Positions 50,403 to 63,801 are shown, counted from the whole stretch's first letter. The stretch is 63,801 nt of DNA, filler included, from Reticulomyxa filosa (GCA_000512085.1; 21 parts of 21 records of this genome joined end to end with filler, not necessarily neighbours in it); one strand, 5' to 3'. Numbers and translations are program-made. The notes: generated by a model not told the origin, from the sequence alone.

Positions 50403-51443
50403 ATGGAGATATTTCAAATGATAGACAAAATGATTCCATTGTCTTCGACAGAACAGCCGAAAACATTGTTTGTGATCCACAACGTGCAGTTGAAGACGCC
50501 AGAGGAAGTGAGATTGTACATGTCGAGAGTTGCAACCGCGTTTGATGCGCTTGAACTTCCAAATCCGCGCTCTGATCAGCTGTCGCAACAGCTGAAGTAC
50601 GTCGGCACAAATGGGTTGCAGGTTTACCATTTGTTCTATTCGACCGCAGAGAATCAGCCGTACGATCAACGCGTCATCACCACTTTGCGCGGCCATCTCA
50701 ACACTGTCGAGTGTCGACACCAGTCATTACACGTGCTGCAACACTTCCTCCATCACTCCGCCACTTTATTAAGACAAATATTCCCACTTCGAACACGCGA
50801 CTATCTTATTGATGTCCCAAAAAAAGTTATTTATACATATATATGTATATATGTTTATGTTTATGTTATATTTTATGTTTATGTTACATATGATTTGTCC
50901 AAATACTAAAACTAAAGATTTGACTTGTTTTGATTGTAACAGGCTAAACAGGGCTGGTTCGGATCCACTCCAGAAGTTCCCCAACTTATTGGGGCGCGAC
51001 GTTCAAATGGTGAACCGTTCGAATTGCAATGCGTGGTGGATAAGCAAAGCTTGGATTACTATGGAGTTGTGACACTGAAAGACAAGCGGAAATTACAGTA
51101 TTGCCCAAGGTCGACAGCCCAATGGAAACGCGATCCATTGTCGTGTCGTCGTCAGTACAGCAATTGCCAGGTCCTGTGGTCGGCAAGGACTTGGATATTT
51201 GAGTGCAGGCTCCCGCCCGGGCAATTCACTAATTACGCCGATCAGATCTCACAGAAAACGGTGGTGTTGCGCGACGCTGCAAACAGGGAATTAATTGTAC
51301 TTGGCAACCTGGATGATCCTTCTCAATTGCGCAACCCTATTTTTGAAATTTTTAAGATTCCTGAAAATGTCCATCGACGATGGTCTTACAATTCTGCTAC
51401 ATACGAAAATGGCGTCTGGAAAGTCTCTGTAAACGATGTTTAA
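50403..51443 (+). CDS. Unknown protein, 3' part, ending in a possible HSP20/alpha-crystallin-like domain
   Basis: Two coding-like exons. TLFVIHN resembles a post-G4 GTPase strand. The end WIFECRLPPG...FKIPENV..SATYENGVWKVSV resembles the sHSP A-x-Y-E-N-G-V-L motif. Confidence 0.4.
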
Positions 51444-52104
51444 ATCTGAATTATGATTCCCACACAAACACACATTGTATCGTGCACATGATAAAAATCG
51501 CTTTGCGGTCATGTTGACAGCTTTTTTTTTGTGGGAGAATAAGAAGATTTTTGTTACGAAAGCCTTTTTTTTTTTTTTTGACATGACAAACTGATCACAA
51601 ACTTAACACACTTTAAATCAATCAAGTTATCTAACTTGTTTCAATTTATTTTACAAAATTTGTCATTGTCCTGATTGACAAATTTTCAAAAACACTCATT
51701 TTTTTCTAATTTCCATCTTTCCTTTTTTCACACGTTCATCTGAAGATTGCTAAGTTGATGATAGAGGTGGCAGCACACTGTTAATATATCAGCTAACTAT
51801 AGCTTTGTTTCGCAGACTTGCAAAACATTATGTTTGCGGCCATATAAAAATCATCTTTACATTACAATTTTCATAAAGATAGTTTTTTGAAGATTTAAGA
51901 AAGATTAAAGAGTAAATAACTTTGAATACCATATGAAAAAGTTTTGGGTTTGATACTCCAAACAAAAGGCAAACTGGAGGGAAAAGAAGCTTAATATTGA
52001 ACGTNNNNNNNNNNNNNNNNNNNNNNNNNNNNNNNNNNNNNNNNNNNNTTAATTAATTAANNNNNNNNNNNNNNNNNNNNNNNNNNNNNNNNNNNNNNNN
52101 NNNN

Positions 52105-52141
<37 letters not shown>

Positions 52142-52232
52142 GAACAAAGGCACATTTACATATATGTATGTATATGTATATGTATATGTATGTGTATATG
52201 TAAATGTGCAAATCAATAACAACAAAAAAAAG

Positions 52233-53541
52233 GCAACTACGGAGTTCCAAATGAAGAAGAGAAAGACGAGTTTGGACTACCAAAATGGTTTGAAAGTGAC
52301 AAGATCCAAGCGAGTGCGTTGATAGTATCGGACTACAGTTTCGATCACAGCCATTACAGCAGTAACATGAGTTTGTCGAAGTGGTTGATAAAGCACGAGG
52401 TGCCAGCGCTGTTCAACGTGGACACGAGAGCACTGACGAAGAAGCTGCGCATGAAAGGATCGATGTTAGGAAAAATCGAGTTTGGGTCATCGTCATCGTC
52501 ATCGTCGTCGATCGAATGGTTCGATCCAAACAAGGTGAACCTCGTGGCCCTTGTCTCACGTAAGCAGATATGGGAATACGGCAGTCCGAAGGAGTCGACC
52601 AGCACTGCCGCCTCATCCGAAGAAGTGTTGATATTGAAAAACATATTGAAAGACAGTGGGAACAACAAGAGTAGCAGTAGCAGCACTACTAGCAGTAGCA
52701 ATTGCGACAGTGAGGATGAACACGATAGTCTCTACAGCGAGTTCAAGCGTAACAGAAAAGCCAAAATCATTGCCGTGGACTGCGGAATTAAAAACAATAT
52801 CATCCGTTATTTGTGTCGCAAAAACGTGCATTTGAAAGTGGTACCTTGGGACTATGACTTCAACCAAGAACAAGATCTCGATGGCTTGTTCATCTCCAAT
52901 GGCCCCGGAGATCCAACCATGGTCAAGAAGACCATCGAACATGTTCGCACCTTTATCAAAACTCGTTCGCAAACTCCGTTGCTGGGAATTTGCTTGGGAA
53001 ACCAAATTCTGGCGTTGGCCGCTGGTGCAAAGACTTACAAAGTACTTTTTTTTTTTTTTTTAAAAAAAAAAAAAGAGTGAATGAGCATGTTGTTGTTGTT
53101 GTTGTTGTTGTTTTTTTTTTTTTTTTAAAAAAAAAAAAAAGATGAAATTTGGCAATCGAGGAATGAACCAACCTGTAATCGATCTACGCACGTCTCGATG
53201 CTACATAACGCCGCAAAATCATGGGTTTGCGGTGGACGAGGCGACGCTGCCTCCTCATTGGAAACCTTTCTTTCGCAATGCAAATGACTACACCAACGAG
53301 GGCATCATTCACTCGTTTCGTCCATATTTCAGCGTGCAGTTCCATCCGGAGAGCAAAGGGGGCCCCAGCGACACAGAGTTCTTGTTTGACATGTTTTTGA
53401 AACGAATCCGCAATAAAAATGGTTACGAAGTCACTTTGGTCGACCCGCCTCATATGATCGCTTCCGATAATATCACCAAAGTATTGCTCTTGGGATCCGG
53501 AGGATTGTCTATTGGACAAGCTGGGGAATTTGATTATTCAG
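52233..53541 (+). CDS. Carbamoyl-phosphate synthetase II (CAD-type; glutaminase domain fused to start of synthetase domain), internal fragment
   Basis: VDTRALTKKLRMKGSMLGKI, VDCGIKNNIIRYL, GLFISNGPGDP, LGICLGNQ (catalytic Cys), KFGNRGMNQP, ITPQNHGFAVD and SVQFHPE, then KVLLLGSGGLSIGQAGEFDYSG. Intron at 53042-53141. Confidence 0.97.
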
Positions 53542-53597
53542 GTTGTTGTTGTTGAAAATTAATATTGTATACATAATATATATATATATGTATATGC

Positions 53598-53628
<31 letters not shown>

Positions 53629-53784
53629 TTTTTTNNNNNNNNNNNNNNNNNNNNNNNNNNNNNNNNNNNNNNNNNNNNTTAATTAATTAANNNNNNNNNN
53701 NNNNNNNNNNNNNNNNNNNNNNNNNNNNNNNNNNACAAACAAGTTTTTAAGAGATACTATTGGATATGTGCAGACTTATTTTGT

Positions 53785-56700
53785 ATGCTATCAGAGAGAT
53801 TAAATGAACAACAATTGGATGATGTTATTGAATCGTTAATGAATGGACTTGTTGACAAAGATAATGATATTCATGCAAGCTGTGCATTATCAATTGCAAA
53901 AGTAGCATGGAAATTGAATGAGAGACAATTGAATAAAGTGTTTGAATGTTTGATGAATGCCTTTGAGAGTGGAATAATTACTATTTGTAATGAATGTGCA
54001 CACGTACTTGCAACGATTTCATCACAATTGGGAGGAAAACAGTTGAATTATGCATTCCAATGTCTCATTCCTTCATATTTTTATGATTGGCGTTATGATG
54101 CGACTGAATTTCTAATGAAATTGAAAGAAGAACAATTAGATGATGTCTTTCAATTTTTGATTAATCGATTATCCGAAAAGGGATATGATGATAATCGTGG
54201 AAAATGTGCAGAATTACTTGGAAAACTCTCAATGAAATGGAATGAAAAACAATTGAATGGTGCTTTCAATTCTTTAAAAGACATGCTCAATAAAGATGAT
54301 TGGAGATATAGACAAGCGCTTGAGACAATTACAGTGAAATTGTCTGGGGAACAATTCGGTAATGCTTTTAATTATTTCATTAGTAGATTCAATTGTGAAG
54401 AGATACGTATATATCATGATAAATATGCTGATCTACTTTACAGAATTGCACAGAGATTGGATGAAAAACAAATGAACATTGCATTGAATTGTTTGATGGA
54501 TAAGTTAAATGATAAAAATGAACATCGAAATATTCGTATCAAGCTCATTCAATCACTTGGAAGAATTTCAAAAAAATGTAATGAACAACAATTGAATGAA
54601 GCTTTTAACTCTTCAAGGGATATATCCACTGATAAAAATCATAATGCATATGTGCGTCGATGTGCAGAATTACTTGGGACAATTGCAGTAAATCTAAATG
54701 GAAGACATTTCGATGATGCTTTTAAATGTTTGACAAATGGATTAAAAGATTGGAGTATTCGGAAGTCATGTGCAAAATCGCTTGTAACACTTTCAAGGAA
54801 ATGGAATGATAAACAGTTGGATATTACTTTTAAATGTTTGATTAATGGATTTCAAAATAAAAATGGATATTATTGTGATACATCCAGAGATTTACTTGAA
54901 GGAATTGCAATGAAATTGAATGAAACACAAATTGATTCTGTTTTCACATGTTTGATCAATGGACTCAAAGGTAACTTTGAATGGGATTGTAACTTGTATG
55001 CAAAATCTATTGGATATCTTTCAAAGAAATTAAATAAAAAGCAGCTGGATGATGCTTTCGAATGTTTATATGGATTAGAAAATGAAAATGAATGTATTTG
55101 TGCATTATGTGGACAATCATTTGAAACAATTTCAACAAAATTGAATGATAAACAATTGGATAGAGTTTTCAGTGCTTTCATTCATGGGTTAAAAGATACA
55201 AATCAATGTGATCGTGTATCATGTGCAAAATCACTTGGAGTAATTTCAGAGAAATTGAATAAGAAACAACTGGAAAATGCAATTCATACTTTGATCGATG
55301 GATTCAAAGATAAAGATAAAAATACTCGTCAATCATGTGCAAAATCACTTGGAGTAATTTCAGAGAAACTGAGTGAGACACAACTGGAAGAAGTTATCAA
55401 CGCTTTGATGAGTGGATTAAAAGATAAAAATAACGATGTTCGGGGATCATGTGCAAAATCACTTGGAGTAATTCTAGAAAAATTGAATGAGAAACAACTG
55501 GAAAATGCAATTAATACTTTGATCGATGGATTGAAAGATGAAGATAAAAATACTCGTAATTCATGTGCAATATCACTTGGAGTAATTTCAACGAATTTGA
55601 CTGATAAACAACTGGAAGGAGTTTTCAACGCTTTGACATTTGTTTCCAAACATTCGATCAACACAAACAACGACGAATATAAAGCGGAACGATTGGTGGA
55701 ATCACTTGAATTAATATCAACGAAATTGAATGACAAACAATTGTATTTATTGGTGATACATTTGTTGGAAAGAGCGAAAAAGAGATATAAATGGTATGTC
55801 CGAGATGCGTTGTCAAAAATATCCGAAGATATGTGGAAACGTGCAACAATTTGTGGACTGAAAGAATATACGCAGGTAGTCAATGAACAAAATACTTGGC
55901 AAAGATTGTTTAGTAATATGAACAAAAAAATAGAATTGTTGGCTTTCGGTTTGATGTCATTCAATCCCCGCATTCAATTGAGTTGTAATGATGATAGTAC
56001 CAATTTCGATGCTTTGAATGAGTTAATCAGATATTGTGATGAACAAGCCATTGAATGGAAATTTCCAACTCATCAATCAGAGTGGAATAATAGTAATATT
56101 GACAGTAATATTGAATATCCTTGTTTGAATGATGAAATTGAAGAAGTTTTTAATGATGAGAATGCATTCAAAGGATGCTACACTGTTGTTCATGAAGCAG
56201 CAAGGTCAGGAGACTTGTCACAATTTAAATTGGTATTGCAAAATCATCCTGACATTGACATAAATGATTCATGTAATGAATATCGACAAACTCCATTGCA
56301 TTTGGCAATCAATCATCAACATTGGGATATTGCTCATTATTGCATTGAACAAGGTGCATATATTGATATCAGAGAGGGTACTGCCAACTCTCACATCTTA
56401 AGAACTCCTTTTGAAAATATTATGGAATTGATTTTAAAACATAAAAATGACAAGAATAATAAAAAGTATTTAGATGCAATGGATATTTGTAAATTGATAT
56501 TAAAACAACGAACAATGTATCCAATAGAAAGAATCAAATATGCAATTGATTATGTAAAAGATAAGTTTATTGAACAAAATGGTGTGATCAAAACCTTTGA
56601 TGAAGAGAGTTATGAAATATTATTGGAAAAAGGTGCAACATTCTTATTGGGAGTAAATCAAACAGGATTAAAAGAAGCATTAATTGAAAAAAATTTATTG

Positions 56701-56972
56701 TATTTGGCTGCTGGTCGAAATGTCATATCCGTTAATATAGAAAATTCAATTGAAATAAAATTTAATGAGGGATGGGATCCAATGCCATTTTTAATCTTTC
56801 GAATATTTTTGTTATTTGAAATATGTATTGGATTAAGTCAGGAAGGGACAAGTCAAATACGATTACCAAGAGGTTCAACATTCAAACAAGTATATGAAAA
56901 ATGTGTGAAAGAATTGCAAGTACAATTAACAACTTATTGGGATTATATCACAGTTGGAGAGTTTAAACATAA
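53785..56972 (+). CDS. HEAT-repeat + ankyrin-repeat protein (partial at both ends, >1060 aa)
   Basis: About 16 repeats of ~39 aa (KLNEKQLENAINTLIDGLKDEDKNTRNSCAISLGVIS), then ankyrin motifs TVVHEAARSG and QTPLHLAINHQHWDIAHYCIEQGAYID. Confidence 0.9.
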
Positions 56973-58376
56973 NNNNNNNNNNNNNNNNNNNNNNNNNNNN
57001 NNNNNNNNNNNNNNNNTTAATTAATTAANNNNNNNNNNNNNNNNNNNNNNNNNNNNNNNNNNNNNNNNNNNNGAAAGTTCCTGACAATAAGCCTGTCAAC
57101 AAAAATCAAAACGAAATGCAAACACCTTTGCATCGTCAATCTTTCCGTGCTGTCTCGCCTGCTCCTCTACAAAAATACCATCCTTTTTTTTTTCCCATCT
57201 TTACTCATAACTGATTACTAAATAAATTACAGACTTGTGAAAAAAAGGTCGTGTTTTTGTATGATTTTTTTTTTAAAACTTTGACTAGCATTTTGTAAAG
57301 AAAAATCGCGTATCAAAAAAATGTCTCTTTTTTTTAGCATATCGTTTCAAGAAATTTTTTTAAAGATTTTGTCAAAAGTGTTGATCGAAATATGAAGACT
57401 CAATTCAAGCAGAAAAAAGGCATTTGAAAAACTTGCGAGAAAAAGAAATTAAAAAATATTCATACTAGAAGTGAGGTGTTTATTTCTCAATTTAACTTTT
57501 ACACATTTGATCTGACGTTTTAAAAAAAAATAAAATTACCAAACACAAGACAATTATTTGATGATCCTGAACAATTCATTGATACTTGCTTGTGTGCATT
57601 TTGGCATAAAGAAATAAGGAGAGACGGAGGTGTATGAAAAAAGGCAAAGAGAATCTGTGAAAAATTATTAAACTCAAAATTTATTGAAAAAATTTTACTC
57701 ATTTTTGTTTTCTGTTCTCAAAAAACACAATTTCACAACAAAAAGAGACATATTACATGAAAATGCCAATTATTAGTATAAAGAAAGATTGTTAAATTTT
57801 TCAGAAAATCAATGAGCTCAAATAGGATGATATAACTTGTTTTTGTTTGGCAAATATTTTGGATATGTTTTTTTGTAAAAAAAATTATACTGCTTGTTCT
57901 AGCGATTGTCCTATGATTGCTAATATAAAAAGTGTTAAATCCAATGTTTGATTGGTCATCATTTTTATTGTCTTGTTTTTATTCCCAACAAACGCAAATC
58001 TCTTACAAGAATTAGAATAAGAGATTAATACCACCAACGTAGAAAAGGGCATTGTTCAGAGTATAGTCTCCATATTTCAAAAGTACTGTTTTCTCTTCAC
58101 TTGTTTATAGTGTCGGCTGCTGAACTTTTTCGCATTAACACTCTTGAGTTTGCTTGTCTTTCTTTTTCATTTGCCACACTTGACGAGGTATGAGATTTTT
58201 TCAACATTTGCAATAGAAACCATGCAGCAAGTTTTTTAATTTTGTTTTAGCTCATCGGTGTCCCTCTTTCAAAATGNNNNNNNNNNNNNNNNNNNNNNNN
58301 NNNNNNNNNNNNNNNNNNNNTTAATTAATTAANNNNNNNNNNNNNNNNNNNNNNNNNNNNNNNNNNNNNNNNNNNN

Positions 58377-59270
58377 CATCTGCCTTTGTCATTGTTTCCT
58401 CGACACTGCCATCTTGAGCAGCTTTGTTTTCACTGTGCTTTCATTGCTTTAACTTTTTTTTTTTTTTTTTTAAACAATAAAACAAACCAAATAAAGCAAT
58501 GATTCCAACAATAATCTTCAAATTAAATTTTAATTTTTTTTTAAAAAAAAAAATTTAATGTAATATATATGTACATATATATAATAAACACATATACATA
58601 TACATATATAACCCGTGACAATAGACAAAGGAGAAGAGGATGAGATAATGTCTGGTAGTACAGTTGTGTTAAGGGAACCACTGTTAGAATTGACGATATC
58701 ATGATCATGGTCATCATCCGTTCGAATGGTCGATTGGTGATGACCATCCTCTTCTGGTGACACTATCGTATTTCCATCCTCTTTACTTGCATTTGCTTCT
58801 GTTTCTTCCAATTGTCCTTTTTTTCCTTTTTTTCCCCCCCCCGTGTATGTAGTTTTGTTTGCTCTGGTTTTCAACCTGCTTCATTTTTCAAAAGAACTCA
58901 TTCAATGTTTTGTCATCAACCTTCTCTTTTTTCCGCTTCAAATACAATTTTCGTCGTTTTTCGACGGATAATTTTAAATCATTCCAAGTGGGTAATTGTT
59001 TCAATAAGTCAAACTCTGGATCCTTTTTTTTTTTTTTTTTGTGTGTGTATAAATGTGCAACAGTGTGTCAATTGTGTCATGTTTTTCTTCCAACTGCATA
59101 GTCGATAAAATCGGCTTTGCTTTGCTGTTCAAGTGCTTGCTCTGGTGACAACAGGTTTTCATATGGCAATTCGTCACCATCAAAGGTTCTGAATGTCCGC
59201 TAGGTTTTTCAAAATATATAGAACATGCTACAATTGTTTGCTTTTTGTGCTTTCTCTGTTCATTTGACAT
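58377..59270 (-). CDS. Unknown low-complexity protein, 5' fragment
   Basis: Coding-like ORF pieces (59001-59270, 58530-58874) followed by a GT..TA-repeat intron. No family motif. Confidence 0.3.
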
Positions 59271-59876
59271 TGAACAAACACAACTCCACCTCTTCTTGGC
59301 CTTTTGAACTCATGCACTTTGTAGAGGGAAGTTAAAATCTATCACAGGAGCTAAAATGCATTTCTCTCGAGATTATACTTTTTTTGGCTCAAAATTATTC
59401 CCTGTTGGTCAAAAATCAAAGCTGTGGACATATTTCTTGTTCACTTACCTTATGTTCGAAAAGAACAAGCTATTTGTAAATTTTGATGTGTTTTTGTTAA
59501 CTGCAAATATTATTTGAAGGTAGGTCTATTAGACAATTTTTACCATAACAAATTTGTTGAAATTAAAGAACGAAACGTGCAAAATCGTGCAGCAAGTATG
59601 AAACAAGTATGTCAACACAAAGACTGCATGCAAATACCAAGACAAAGTCAGAAGAGGGAAAACATAAAGACGTCAAAACTAGTACATGCAAAGTTCATAA
59701 AGATGGATACGATGATCGCGGCGGTGTCTTTGACTGTGTCAGTGCAAGTTGCGACAATCTCACCCGCACCAACAAGTTTGTCATTTTTGTCAGCTATAAA
59801 TATGTAGTAATGTCGTTCGAATTGTCGATGCAAAATAATCATTTTTTTCGTTTGACTAAATCATTTTCTTTTATTT

Positions 59877-60010
59877 TACAATAGAATGCAAAGTTGACAC
59901 ATTATAGAGATAATTGATTTTCTTCATGAAAAAACAACATCTAGACACAATTTTTTTTTTATTAAAAAAAATATCTATAAATATTGTAGTTTTTAAATAT
60001 CATTTTGACA
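59877..60010 (+). mobile_element. Diverged copy of TACAGT-ended TIR/MITE family
   Basis: TACAATAGAATGCAAAG..TTATAGAGATAATTGATTTTCTTCATGAAAAAACAACAT..TGTAGTTTTTAAATATCATTTTG aligns with 12197-12345. Confidence 0.6.
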
Positions 60011-62759
60011 ATTATTTTGAGTATTTTATCAATTAGAATTTCTTTGTATATATTTGCATTAACATATCAACATAAATCTCATAACACTACAAAGCAAGAC
60101 TACACAATTATATTATCACAAACAAATTTTGATATTTTTATAATTGCATTTTTGGTAAGTGGTGCTAATTGTATATTGAAGCAAATTTTGGTCCACAACA
60201 GATAGACAGTCCAGAAATGAAAAACGAAAACATATTATTATTTTCTGAACTTTTGGCGCGTTACCCAAGTTTTAGTTTGCTTTCTAATTAGCTTTTTTTC
60301 AACTTTTTTCACAAAGCAATACCTTTCAATGTAATATGTTCATCACAATATTAACATATGTTGAAATCTATATACTGTTTCTTATGGGGATTTGCCTGTT
60401 TTGCATTTTGTCTATTCTCAGATTATTTTTATTTTTCACTAAATCATCTTTGGTCAAATATCCTTTAGTTTTTTCTTTAACATATTAAAACCTTCTTGAT
60501 ATGTTCCAAACTTTATTATCATTTGAAACATTTTTCATTCAACCTTACCTATAAAAAATTTTTAATTATGTATATATCGAAAAGGTGTTCTTTCCAAATA
60601 CAAATAATATATACTATCCATANNNNNNNNNNNNNNNNNNNNNNNNNNNNNNNNNNNNNNNNNNNNTTAATTAATTAANNNNNNNNNNNNNNNNNNNNNN
60701 NNNNNNNNNNNNNNNNNNNNNNTTAGGGAACGTTTGTTGAAGTTGTACGAGCATGATAATGATGAATTAATTTCAAAGCAACCCTTTTTTTTTTTATTTT
60801 GAAGCTTCAGAAACTCGATTTAAATTGTTAAATGAATTTCATTATAAATTTGTAATCTTATGAATTTTTGATTTTACTTGAAATAATCCAAATCTATTAC
60901 GAATGATTTCTTAAGTGAAAAAACGAATTAATTTATTTAAGCAACAAGAATTGAGGGAAAATAAATTGAATGAAAATAAAAGGAATTAGAAATATATGAA
61001 AAATGAAACAGAGTTAAAATAGAAATAGTTTAAGTAAAGTATTGCCATATGTTTATGAATTGTTAAATTTTTATCATTTAATATTAATTCATCTCCATTT
61101 TTCTTTTCATTAAAATAAATTTGTTAATTTAAACTAATCAAATAACCATTCTCTATCACTTCGTGAAATAGTATTTGCAAATGAATTGCTTCTTGTTATC
61201 TGTAAATATTATGTAATAATACATCTTTACCATTCATTTGTAATATTTTTGATATATCCACGCTTCATCTTTTACATATTGTATTCCTTGGCCAAAGTCA
61301 TTAAATATGGATTCAAGATTCTTTTACGTATTCTATTATCAAAATTTTTCAAATGATTGGAAAGGGTTGAATCTATGTGTAGTTGAAATCTAATTTTATT
61401 ATTTAAAAGTGATTGAACTGTACAATTGATAATAATAAACAAAGAATCTTGAAAAATATCAGGAGAAAAGCAAGGACACAAAAATCAATCAAACTGGAAT
61501 TCAAAAGACTAAGGAAATGAAAAATTATTTAAACAATTCATGTCAATTAATCAAATTATTTCATTGGCGAATTTGTGTTATTATTTAACCAAAGGTTTAA
61601 TTCGTGTTCGGTTCTATTTTTCAATTTAATTGTGTTAAAATGTGGAATGTTGTTTTAGTGATATTTGCTTTTTTATAAAAGGAACACAATTATTCTATAA
61701 AAAAAAGAAATGAAGGTATATAAAACAAAATCAAATTTATCAATAATCCAAAAATTTCTATAAATTAATTTCAGATTTTGTATTTTGTAAAAAAGTAAAA
61801 GACATAAAGAGGATTTTCAATTTACAATCAATCCTGAAAAAGGGATATGGTTTTATTATTATGCATATTTATATTCATTGTTCTATTTTTGACATGAAGA
61901 AAAAATAAATTGATATTAAAAAAATTAGAAAATAGGGAATTTCTTTTTTTCTTAAGTCTTTCAAACTAAAAAAGAATGATAACATCTTTAACCACCAATT
62001 CAATATTTCCGCCATGATTTGCTATTGTTTTTTGCAACTCTTCTTCGTTAACAGAATCTCTAAATAATCGAACTAATGTTTTTATTTCCTTAATATATTT
62101 TCAATCCTTTTCATTTGTATCATCATGATTGTTATCTTGCATGCCTCCAATACATTTTACTCTTTCTATTGAAATATGGTTCAACTTTTCAAAATAAGAG
62201 CCTTTCCTTTCTTTCATTCCATTTTTCTCTAAATCACACAAAATATTTTCAACGAGTCAAAGAACTATGACTTTTGACAAAATTGTCCTTAATCGAGCCT
62301 TAAGGATCTTGTAACAATTTTTGAAATAATTTCCAAGCAGCAATGGTAACAGTTTTTTTTCTTTCAACGAATCAATGAAATGTGGAAAATGTAGCCTTCC
62401 AAGAGTTCTGCATGCACATTCGGACAAGTACTACAAAAAGACAACAAAAGTATAATAATATCTTATCATTTATTCAAAGAAAGTACGTAAAAGCAATTTT
62501 CCACCTGTTTGGATTGTCTTTCAATCATATCCTCTACCGTTTTTTTTCAAATCTTTTTGCAATGATATTGTGTTCGTTGATAGTNNNNNNNNNNNNNNNN
62601 NNNNNNNNNNNNNNNNNNNNNNNNNNNNTTAATTAATTAANNNNNNNNNNNNNNNNNNNNNNNNNNNNNNNNNNNNNNNNNNNNTCGTCGGTCCAGCATC
62701 TAGGCAAATACCAGTATTTTGTGTATGCTTGATACCAGAAACAAACAACGACGATCCAA

Positions 62760-63730
62760 AATGACGTCGAATAATGACATGGACGTTGACACAAAGCATC
62801 GATCATCGACGTTTCAAGTTGTATTACACAGCTCAAGTATGCAACAAAACGAAGAAAAAAAGATTGACGAATCATGCAAATTCGACGACAATTCTTGTGT
62901 ACGAATACTCCAACGATCGTCGTCACTCCAATCGAGTCCAAAGAACTTAAATCAGCAACATCGGTGATTAAGTTCCTTGGATTAAGAAACAAGAATACAT
63001 TGTCCAGAAAAGTATTAGCTGGAAATTTCCGGACATTTTGCAGTTGATGTTAATGAGCAGCAACTAACTCAACTAGCTCATAACTTCAATGATGTGAAGG
63101 ATGGACAAATAGAACAAAAAGAAAATCAAGATGGTAAATATATTGTAAGGCAACCAAGAACCAAGAAGAAGCAGTGCGAAAGCAATGCAGAAATCATTGG
63201 AAGATTATCCAAGACTAAAGATGTTGTCAAAATATTGAAAGACAATGATATTCAGATTGGATATTCAATGGTGAAAGTGGAACCATTCGACAAAGGCAAA
63301 TCAAGGCAAAAATCGCATTTCAAGCAATGCAGGAAATGCTACAGATTGAACCATATTGTTCGGATTGGCAAATCACGAAGCGGCAAAATGCCGACAAGAA
63401 TGACACAAGCAACACAAATGTGTATTATGTCGAAAGCAGCACCCAAGCGATGCATTGCAATGTATGATTCGTATCAAATTGACAAGGAATGAAGAGCGGC
63501 AACCAAAGAATTATTCTTATACTGATGCTGCCAAAGGACAAGAGTTAAATGGAAATGAAAGCGAATGGACCTCAGAAATCAAAGAAAAGGACCAATAGAA
63601 AGAAGAATAAAAGAAAAAATAACAATGATGAAATCTTATTGCTAAGACGTGAATTAGCAGAGATTAAGTCAGCATTCCAGCAATTATAATCTTTATTGCA
63701 ATCAATTAACCCGACGTTGATGCAAGAATG
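62760..63730 (+). mobile_element. Non-LTR retrotransposon ORF1 (gag-like) remnant
   Basis: IQIGYSMVKVEPF..QCRKCYRLNH (first zinc knuckle) and, in a shifted frame, KCVLCRKQHPSDALQC (CX2CX3HX6C third knuckle), followed by a short coiled coil. Broken by indels and stops. Confidence 0.65.
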
Positions 63731-63801
63731 ATTCAATCAAAGAAGAAGGACATCGATTATAATTTCCAGTATCTTTATGTTCATCACTGGAGTGAGACAG
63801 A

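Noticed and set aside
60723-62584. Pseudogene-like minus-strand fragments, including a CUE/UBA-like LVRLFRDSVNEEELQKTIANHGGNIELVV
   Set aside because: Too fragmented to assign a family or boundaries.

Overview
This is not one contiguous locus. It is 21 short eukaryotic contigs joined by 20 identical 100-bp artificial spacers (44 N + TTAATTAATTAA + 44 N), so only within-contig neighbourhoods mean anything. The DNA is AT-rich with short GT-AG introns. A single Ala insertion at polyubiquitin junctions, an EFL (EF-like GTPase) relic and expanded WD40, Kelch-like and HEAT-ankyrin families point to a rhizarian, most likely a foraminiferan such as Reticulomyxa (inference). Recognisable genes are diacylglycerol kinase, an EF-hand protein, a probable rotatin fragment, a class IV sirtuin, EMC8/9, PIG-V, an NYN-domain protein and carbamoyl-phosphate synthetase II. 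The standout is the 16-kb contig (18538-34459). It carries a ~3,100-aa minus-strand gene fusing two PB1-like modules, a P-loop GTPase, a long helical region, a SecA-type ATPase motor and a C-terminal vWA domain. This gene sits head-to-head with a triple-SAM/coiled-coil gene and next to an internally deleted paralog of itself and a polyubiquitin relic. Also present are a dispersed TACAGT-ended TIR/MITE family, a probable eroded family-B DNA polymerase, an actin-EFL chimeric pseudogene, a ~120-bp palindrome and a LINE-type gag remnant. All assignments come from motif recognition by eye; no searches were run.
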